DNA from: Bdellovibrionales bacterium
GTDB lineage: Bacteria; Bdellovibrionota; Bdellovibrionia; Bdellovibrionales; UBA1609
Direction of reading: 5' to 3'
Length of the DNA stretch: 64,000 nucleotides
Assembly (NCBI GenBank): GCA_965200025.1
Contig: OZ241325.1
Span: 986,229-1,050,228, forward strand
Shown: in pieces, positions 54,510 to 61,616 of the stretch
Layout: the number at the start of each line of letters is the position of its first letter
Position numbering within the stretch: the first letter of the stretch is position 1
Program-made: the position numbers and the translations under genes
The notes under the pieces: model-generated
Seen by the model: only the letters and a program-made list of their open reading frames with translations
Database searches by the model: none
What the model was told of the DNA's origin: nothing

Positions 54510-55481
54510 ATGAAAGCACAAGAGAACATATCTCTTCAAAAGGTGAAAAAAATATATCATTTGCCTTTGGCAGACCTGGTTTTTCAGGCCCATCTCACGC
54601 ATAAAAAGCACTTTCACCCCCTCCATGTACAGACCAGCAAGCTGCTGTCCATAAAAACAGGGGGATGCCCGGAAAATTGTGCCTACTGCCCCCAGTCCGC
54701 TCACCACAACACGGAACTGAAGAAAGAAAAGCTTATGGACTTAAAGGAGGTGTTAAAATCTGCCAAAAAGGCCAAAGAGGAGGGGGCCACCCGGTTTTGC
54801 ATGGGGGCTGCCTGGAGAGATGTCAAAGATGGCCCCTTGTTTGACCGGGTGTGTGAAATGGTCTCTGAGGTCAAAAAACTGGACATGGAGGTGTGCTGCA
54901 CTCTGGGGATGCTCACATTGGAGCAGGCCAAAAAATTAAAAGCCTGTGGACTTTACGCCTACAACCACAACATTGACTGCTCCAAAAATTTTTACCCCCG
55001 TATTATTACCACCCGCACTTACCAGGACCGGCTCAACACCTTACACCATGTCAGAAAAGCCGGCTTAACTGTTTGTACCGGGGGTATTATAGGGATGGGG
55101 GAAAGCCACCAGGATCGCATTGAGTTTTTGCATCAGCTGGCAGTCTTTGACCCTCAGCCGGAAAGTGTCACCATTAACAAGCTCATTGCCATACCGGGGA
55201 CCCCTTTGCAGGATGCAGAGGCTGTTTCCGCCCTTGAAATAGTGCGGGTGATAGCCACAGCCCGTATAGTTATGCCCAAATCCATGATCCGTCTCAGTGC
55301 CGGACGGGAAAACATGCCAGCTGCCGACCAATTTTTATGTTTTTTCTCAGGAGCAAATTCTCTTTTTATCGGGGACAGGCTTCTCACTGCCAAAAACGCC
55401 AAACTCAAAGATGACCAAAGCCTGTTTCAGCTCTTGGGACTTAGGCCTGTAAAACACCCGGCCCACTCCCACCCGCTATAA
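54510..55481 (+). CDS. bioB: Biotin synthase
   Basis: Radical-SAM motif GGCPENCAYCPQS. The ATG at 54510 has an AGGGAG RBS. Typical length of about 320 aa. Confidence 0.9.
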   Translation: MKAQENISLQKVKKIYHLPLADLVFQAHLTHKKHFHPLHVQTSKLLSIKTGGCPENCAYCPQSAHHNTELKKEKLMDLKEVLKSAKKAKEEGATRFCMGAAWRDVKDGPLFDRVCEMVSEVKKLDMEVCCTLGMLTLEQAKKLKACGLYAYNHNIDCSKNFYPRIITTRTYQDRLNTLHHVRKAGLTVCTGGIIGMGESHQDRIEFLHQLAVFDPQPESVTINKLIAIPGTPLQDAEAVSALEIVRVIATARIVMPKSMIRLSAGRENMPAADQFLCFFSGANSLFIGDRLLTAKNAKLKDDQSLFQLLGLRPVKHPAHSHPL

Positions 55482-55499
55482 ATCACCTGATTTTAAAAA

Positions 55500-56246
55500 A
55501 TGAAGCTTTTTTACTTATGGACTTACAGCAGAGCTTTTTTACACTGGGGGTGGGTTTTCATCATAACCCTCGCATTTGCACCTCTTGTGTGTGCAGGCTA
55601 TGTTCTTAAAAAATCCGATTTTGTGTATATGCTGGCCCGGTTCTGGGCCAGGTTTTTGCTCTGGTTTTGTGGAATCAAAGTATATTGTAAAAACCCGAAA
55701 CATCTGCCTAAAAAAGGCAGCTTTGTTTTACTGTTCAACCACAGAAGCTATGTGGACATACTGGTTTTGTTTGCCTCCACCCACAGGCCTATTTATTTTG
55801 GAGCCAAAAAAGAGCTGTTTGCCATACCGCTTTGGGGATGGTTAATTTCTTTGGCGGGGCAGATCCCCATTCACCGGGAAAATGTGAGGCAGGTTCATAA
55901 GGTTTTTTATTCCCTTAAAAGCCGGGTAAAAACCGGGGATGGTTTTGCCATGGCCGCAGAGGGAGGTACCAAAAAACAGGCCCATCTCAGCCCTTTTAAG
56001 ACAGGGCCTTTTCTTCTGGCTTTTATTTACGGATTGCCCGTGGTGCCTGTTGTGATTTCAGGGGCCAGGGAATGTATGCCCAAAGGGTCTTATTTGTGTA
56101 ATCCATACACTTTAAAAACTGTGGTGAAGGTGGAATTTTTGCCAGCACAAGACACACAGCACTTAAGCAAAACACAAATCCCTGTGTTGAAAAAACAGCT
56201 GCACCAAAAAATGAGCCAACTTTCCCAAAGTGAAAGTGCCATTTAA
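55500..56246 (+). CDS. plsC: 1-acyl-sn-glycerol-3-phosphate acyltransferase
   Basis: An N-terminal TM segment, the HX4D block NHRSYVDIL, and the AAEGGT block. Confidence 0.8.
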   Translation: MKLFYLWTYSRAFLHWGWVFIITLAFAPLVCAGYVLKKSDFVYMLARFWARFLLWFCGIKVYCKNPKHLPKKGSFVLLFNHRSYVDILVLFASTHRPIYFGAKKELFAIPLWGWLISLAGQIPIHRENVRQVHKVFYSLKSRVKTGDGFAMAAEGGTKKQAHLSPFKTGPFLLAFIYGLPVVPVVISGARECMPKGSYLCNPYTLKTVVKVEFLPAQDTQHLSKTQIPVLKKQLHQKMSQLSQSESAI

Positions 56247-56389
56247 TGGCTGCCACCCCATAAACAGAGTATGAAATAAGCTATCATCAAAAACCCCTTC
56301 ACCTCTCAATGGAGAGTGAAGTTCCCCTGTATTTTGGCACCTGGCAAAAAAGCTTGTTTTATTTTAAAGCCTTGTGTTAATTGAGGGGT

Positions 56390-57202
56390 ATGTTTAAGCC
56401 TTACTACCGCAAAGGTGATTTTTGTCTTTATCACGGCAATTGTCTGGATGTGTTGGAGTCTGTTCCAGCGGATTCTGTGGATATGATTTTTGCAGATCCC
56501 CCTTATAATTTGTCCAATGGGGGGTTTTCTGTTCATTCAGGGAAGCAGGTGGATGTTTATAAAGGGAATTGGGATCAAAGCCGTGGGATTGAGAAAGACT
56601 TTGCTTTTCACTTAAGCTGGATAAAAGCCTGCCGGAGGGTTCTTAAGCCGGAAGGTACCTTATGGATCAGCGGAACTTACCATTCCATTTACCAATGTGG
56701 TTTTGCTCTTCAAACCCTGGGTTACAGAATTTTAAACGACATTACATGGTACAAGCCCAACGCTTCGCCCAACATTGGTTGCCGATGTTTTGCTGCCAGT
56801 CACGAGACTTTGATTTGGGCCTCAAAAGAGGAAAAATCAAAATACACTTTCCATTATAAAGACATGAAGTTTGGTTTGTGGAACAGGGATTTTATTAAAA
56901 AACCGGAAAAACAAATGAGGTCTGTTTGGGCTATCAACACCCCTTTAGCTTCTGAAAAAACTGCTGGAAAGCACCCCACGCAAAAACCCCTGGATCTTTT
57001 GATCCGTGTGTTGAAGGCCAGTACAAATAAAAAAGATGTGGTTTTGGATCCTTTTACAGGAAGTTCCACAACAGGGATTGCAGCACATCGTTTAGGCAGG
57101 TCATTTATTGGTATTGACAGCCACAGCCCTTTTTTGGACTTATCCATCAAAAGACTAAAAGCAGAATCCCAACCTATGGTTCAATTGGAACTATCCCCTT
57201 AG
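56390..57202 (+). CDS. Beta-class DNA methyltransferase (N6-adenine or N4-cytosine), CcrM/HinfI-like organisation
   Basis: Motif IV FADPPYN is near the N-terminus. The SAM-binding motif I VLDPFTGSSTTGIAA is near the C-terminus. Confidence 0.8.
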   Translation: MFKPYYRKGDFCLYHGNCLDVLESVPADSVDMIFADPPYNLSNGGFSVHSGKQVDVYKGNWDQSRGIEKDFAFHLSWIKACRRVLKPEGTLWISGTYHSIYQCGFALQTLGYRILNDITWYKPNASPNIGCRCFAASHETLIWASKEEKSKYTFHYKDMKFGLWNRDFIKKPEKQMRSVWAINTPLASEKTAGKHPTQKPLDLLIRVLKASTNKKDVVLDPFTGSSTTGIAAHRLGRSFIGIDSHSPFLDLSIKRLKAESQPMVQLELSP

Positions 57203-57366
57203 GCAAAAATGGAAAAAATCAGCAATAAATCATGGAATAAGATTTTTGAGGATTATAGTATTCACCAACATACTTTTGACAAAAGCTATTGCATTTTTTC
57301 TCAACTTATAAAGGGTATTTGATTAACTGTTGAGTCTTTGCTGTGTTTGTTCTTTTCTGATTTTTT

Positions 57367-58689
57367 TTATAATGTGAAAGAGTTTTCTGGTTCAGAATGT
57401 AGAATTTTCTCTACTGTTTTATGAGGGGATATGCCATAAAATTCATATAAAGATTTTATAAAACAATCTATTTCCTGTTTTGTATTTGAAGAAAATAAAG
57501 ACACCCGTATGCAGGACCTGGCATAATCCTTGGCTGAAGCACCTTCACAAACACCCAATGCCCTTATAACATGGGAAGGTTCAGGGGAGCCGGCATTACA
57601 AGCTGAACCAGCAGAAACACAAATTCCTTTTTTAGCCAGATGAAACAAAACTGATTGGTTGCTCACATTCCCACCGCAATAGATACTGGAGGTGTTTGAA
57701 AGTCTGTGGGCTTGTCTGCAATTCACTCTAAAGAAAGAAGATGGTTTTTTTTCCGGGTTGTTTGTTGAAAAGCTAATCCCTTCTCTGTGCGAAGGGTTTA
57801 AATCTTTGGATAAGTGTTTATGCATGGGGGTCAATAATGTATTTTCCAGATAATCTCTTAAGTTTTTAATGTATGTTTGTTTGCTTAAATCAATATCCTG
57901 TACAGCCAGTTTAAGGGATTGAATAGCCGGGTAGTTATAAGTCCCTGATCGATAGCCTTTTTCCTGTCCACCCCCATACATAAGAGGTGCAAAGGGTGTT
58001 TTGGCATACAAAAGCCCTATCCCCTTCATAGCTCCTGTTTTATGGCCCGAAAAGCTTGCAAAATCCACATCCCAGCTTTCCAAATCCACAGGGGTTTTTC
58101 CCAAAGACTGAACAGCATCCACATGGATTAAGCAACTGTATTTTTTTGCAATTTGACTTATAGTTTTTACATCTGTTATGACTCCTGTTTCATTATTGGC
58201 ACTTAAAAAAGACAACAAAGAGCGAGGGTGTTTTGAGCAAAGCTCTTCCAAGTTGTTTAAATCAATCTCCCCCTCTTTATTATTTGATACAAAAAAAGAT
58301 TTCATACCATAAGGTGAGTCGTATTTTAAAGTGTTGTTTTTTTGAGGGGCATTGAGGGCAAAACCTGATAACGCTTCCACTTTTTTTAAGGTGGCATGAT
58401 GCTCCAACCGGGAGGTGATAACACTGGATATATGGTTAAGCTTTAAAGTTTCCATGGAAAGCACAGTGTTAATGGATTCTGTCCCCCCACTGGTAAAAAA
58501 TAGATATTGTGCGGGGCAATTTAAATAATCAGCAATAAATTTTCTGCACTCTTTAATTTCTTGGTCCAGTTTTTGAGACTTGAGACACAGAGAGGATGGA
58601 TTGTACCAATCCTCTAAAACACCCTGCTCCAAATAACCTCTGACAGAGGGGGAATAAGGAACAGTGGAATTATGATCCAGGTAAATCAT
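57367..58689 (-). CDS. Cysteine desulfurase (DndA/SspA-like), last gene of the phosphorothioation-like operon
   Basis: MIYLDHNSTVP, PLP-lysine block SFSGHKTGAMKGIGLLY, and active site SAGSACNAG. The ATG at 58689 forms an ATGA overlap with the upstream stop. Confidence 0.8.
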   Translation of the reverse strand: MIYLDHNSTVPYSPSVRGYLEQGVLEDWYNPSSLCLKSQKLDQEIKECRKFIADYLNCPAQYLFFTSGGTESINTVLSMETLKLNHISSVITSRLEHHATLKKVEALSGFALNAPQKNNTLKYDSPYGMKSFFVSNNKEGEIDLNNLEELCSKHPRSLLSFLSANNETGVITDVKTISQIAKKYSCLIHVDAVQSLGKTPVDLESWDVDFASFSGHKTGAMKGIGLLYAKTPFAPLMYGGGQEKGYRSGTYNYPAIQSLKLAVQDIDLSKQTYIKNLRDYLENTLLTPMHKHLSKDLNPSHREGISFSTNNPEKKPSSFFRVNCRQAHRLSNTSSIYCGGNVSNQSVLFHLAKKGICVSAGSACNAGSPEPSHVIRALGVCEGASAKDYARSCIRVSLFSSNTKQEIDCFIKSLYEFYGISPHKTVEKILHSEPENSFTL

Positions 58690-60755
58690 TTGCCCCACTT
58701 TTTTTCCAAATTTTTAAGATATTTCTTTATTGTATTTGTTATTTCTTTATCTCTTGCTTCTATAAATGTTTTATACAGATTTTCTTTGTCCTGATTGTTT
58801 GCGTTTCTTACTTTAATGGAAAAATCATCCCAGGAAAGACTATTAATTGTGTTAGGAATTACAGCTTTATATTCTTTAATTTCCCTATTAGACCAAGAAA
58901 ACCAACTTTTAGCACGATCCTCCCGGTTAACCGGTTTTGGTAATAAAGCCAAATTAAAAACAGAATTAATATAATGTTTTTTCTTTCTGGTTATTGGTTG
59001 TTCTCTATTTTGATTGAAGTCATTTAAGGATATTAAATGTGACTTTTCAAGTTCAGAGTCTTTTAACTTATCTATTACTTTTGAATAATTATTTAAGTTG
59101 TTATTCAGTATACCGTAGGTTAAAATAAACTGCAAAATTGGATATTCCAATTTAGGGGTTTCCTGATCTTTCAAAGACTCAGAATCACTGTAGCCTGGAT
59201 CGTTAAAAACTTTTTCAGATGTTTCTTCTATTACACCTTCAGTTTTCCCTGTATCTAATAATTTTTTTAAATTTTTTATATCCTCTATGGAGCGAGGATT
59301 TTGTTTCTCCCTATATCTACCTCCAAACAATGCACTCCAGTACCAATAAAGAATTTTATACATATCTCTTTCACTTAAATTGTTATGTTTATCATATAAA
59401 TTTTTTGCCATTGGAATAAGCATTAACTCATAAGAAATCTCATTTATATTTGAAACACCACAATATCCGGATAAAAACCTAAAAGCCAAAGCAATAGAAG
59501 TTACAGCTTTATCAGTATGTCTATCAATATCTTCTTTTGTAAGAGACAATTTATGTTTTTCTTTAATATGGTCAGAAGCATGATTATTTGAAGAAAAAAT
59601 ACCCAACATATTTAAATATGATTTATGAAATTTTTGTTCATCTTTATCTTTTTTAAAATGATTAAATAATTTTTCAGTATCAATGCTTGGTAAAATATTA
59701 TGTTTTTTATTACAAGCTTCATTAAATTTATTTTTTATACGATCTTTGAGTAATTCCTCTTTCGTGAAGGCAGAATATTTGGCTGCAATAATGTCAAATG
59801 CACTTAAAGGCAGTCCACCTGTATTCATAGCAGTAAAAGCTTCAACAGCTTTTGGAAAGTTGTCTTTATAAGTTATAATAAAAATCTTTCTTCTGTCAGT
59901 AAGAAAACGTTGCAAAGTCTCATATATATCATCTGCCCATTGTTGAGAGAGTTTTTCAACTTTATCTCTATCATCCAAGTCAATGGAAATATCATATTCC
60001 TTTAGAATATCTATAAATTTATTTTTTTCTTCATGGTTATTTTTTAATGCTAAGAACCACTTGTTTTGGAAAATTTTTTGAGTTGGCTCTTTCAATAACT
60101 CCTTATATTTAGAGGATAGATCAGTTCTTTCTATGGTAGACAGAATCAAAAATAATGCTACATATTGATTGTTAATTAAAAAATTTTCAAAGTCCTCTGA
60201 TCTGTTCCTGATAACATGAGGATGAAATGGTTTTCTTTTCTTTGTTTTTACAATTTTGTTCTGAATAATTAAATCTTTTATATCTGAAATATTTTTATCA
60301 TCTTTTATTTCTGCATATTTTATGAGATCTAAAATAATTCTTAAATGTGTCTGGTCAATTTTTCCTTTCTTATCAAAAATTCCTAATTTAAAAAACCATC
60401 TGCTTTTTAAATTGTTGTATAGTTCATCAAATATCTGATTGTCTCCTTTTTTAAAAAAATCATCAAAAACCCCCTTAATAGTGGTAAGCCTCTGTTGTCC
60501 ATCCATGAGATAACAATTAGCTTTTTCACCTTCAGAATTATTTGGATTCTTATATCCAATTGTTTTTGTCATCATATTTGTTTCAGTTTCTAAAAATAAT
60601 AAGCTGCCAATGGGAACATTATAGAAGATGGAAGCAATTAAGCTTTTTTGTTTTTCTTTGTCCCAATTAAAATCTCTTTGAAAATTCGGTAATAATAATT
60701 TATTATTATTTATTTCCTTCATTATGTCTTGTATATTTTTTTCTTTGGAATCCAT
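58686..60755 (-). CDS. DUF262 (DGQQR) + DUF1524-like nuclease protein, SspE/GmrSD-like
   Basis: The N-terminus has LLLPNFQRDFNW.. and YLMDGQQRLTT. The C-terminus has EKSHLISL...INSVFNLALLPKPVN, an His-Me/HNH-like pattern. 689 aa. Confidence 0.7.
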   Translation of the reverse strand: MDSKEKNIQDIMKEINNNKLLLPNFQRDFNWDKEKQKSLIASIFYNVPIGSLLFLETETNMMTKTIGYKNPNNSEGEKANCYLMDGQQRLTTIKGVFDDFFKKGDNQIFDELYNNLKSRWFFKLGIFDKKGKIDQTHLRIILDLIKYAEIKDDKNISDIKDLIIQNKIVKTKKRKPFHPHVIRNRSEDFENFLINNQYVALFLILSTIERTDLSSKYKELLKEPTQKIFQNKWFLALKNNHEEKNKFIDILKEYDISIDLDDRDKVEKLSQQWADDIYETLQRFLTDRRKIFIITYKDNFPKAVEAFTAMNTGGLPLSAFDIIAAKYSAFTKEELLKDRIKNKFNEACNKKHNILPSIDTEKLFNHFKKDKDEQKFHKSYLNMLGIFSSNNHASDHIKEKHKLSLTKEDIDRHTDKAVTSIALAFRFLSGYCGVSNINEISYELMLIPMAKNLYDKHNNLSERDMYKILYWYWSALFGGRYREKQNPRSIEDIKNLKKLLDTGKTEGVIEETSEKVFNDPGYSDSESLKDQETPKLEYPILQFILTYGILNNNLNNYSKVIDKLKDSELEKSHLISLNDFNQNREQPITRKKKHYINSVFNLALLPKPVNREDRAKSWFSWSNREIKEYKAVIPNTINSLSWDDFSIKVRNANNQDKENLYKTFIEARDKEITNTIKKYLKNLEKKWGK

Positions 60756-60770
60756 TATACCCTTCCCTCG

Positions 60771-61616
60771 TTAAAGGTCGCAGATGAGGCAGGCATCTGC
60801 CTGTCCATCATCATTTACAACATCTTTAAAAACATCTGTTATGTGTTTTCCGTTTTGATTTAACCGGGCTTTTTGCATCCGGGCCTTATAATCCTGTTTT
60901 ATTTTTTCCTTGTTTTTTTCCACCTCCTCAAGAGGCATGCCATCCACCCAGGTAAAACTCACATGGTCCCCCTTATAATTCTGTTTCTCGTACCTCTTGG
61001 CTTTTTTAAACAGCTTGGGGTGTTTTTCCAAAAGCCCCACCCATTCTATTTTTCTCTGAAAAAAGCAAAAATAACACCCCGACCTGGCCCGCCACTCATA
61101 ATACTTGGGAAGACCAATGCCCGATTCTTTTAAAATCTGATTAACCCCATTGAGGTCAATGCCCTCCTCCTTAAAAGGGTAGCGGGGAACAATGGTCTCT
61201 TTTTGGGAAATGTAACCCTTTCGATGCTCATCCGCCCGTATACCAATATAACTCTCTATCAAATCCTCCCCAATATACCTCTCAAAAGACTTGATTTTCA
61301 TCTCCATGGTACACCACCTGGCCCGGGGGGATGGTAAATAATCAGAATGCTGCTTAAGTAAGTAATCAAAGTTTTTTTCGCTGTTGAGCCGTACAATCTT
61401 TTGAGCCAAAAATGCCTCCAGCTTGTCCAGGTATTCGTAAGTTTCGGGCAATTCACTTCCTGTATCACAAAATACATACTCCAGCCTGGGGATTTTATTT
61501 TTCAGAAAGATAGCCATAGCCGTGGAATCCTTACCACCAGACAAAGGACATATCTGCCGTCTTTTTTTATCGTATTTAAGCATGTATTTCCGGCTCCCGG
61601 GAATACCCCTCTTCAT
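60771..61616 (-). CDS. PP-loop ATP pyrophosphatase of the PAPS-reductase family (SspD/DndC-like)
   Basis: Blocks CPLSGGKDS (PP-loop), RWCT, GIRADEH and RSGCYFC. An alternative ATG at 61583 would reduce the overlap with the upstream gene to 8 nt. Confidence 0.8.
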   Translation of the reverse strand: MKRGIPGSRKYMLKYDKKRRQICPLSGGKDSTAMAIFLKNKIPRLEYVFCDTGSELPETYEYLDKLEAFLAQKIVRLNSEKNFDYLLKQHSDYLPSPRARWCTMEMKIKSFERYIGEDLIESYIGIRADEHRKGYISQKETIVPRYPFKEEGIDLNGVNQILKESGIGLPKYYEWRARSGCYFCFFQRKIEWVGLLEKHPKLFKKAKRYEKQNYKGDHVSFTWVDGMPLEEVEKNKEKIKQDYKARMQKARLNQNGKHITDVFKDVVNDDGQADACLICDL

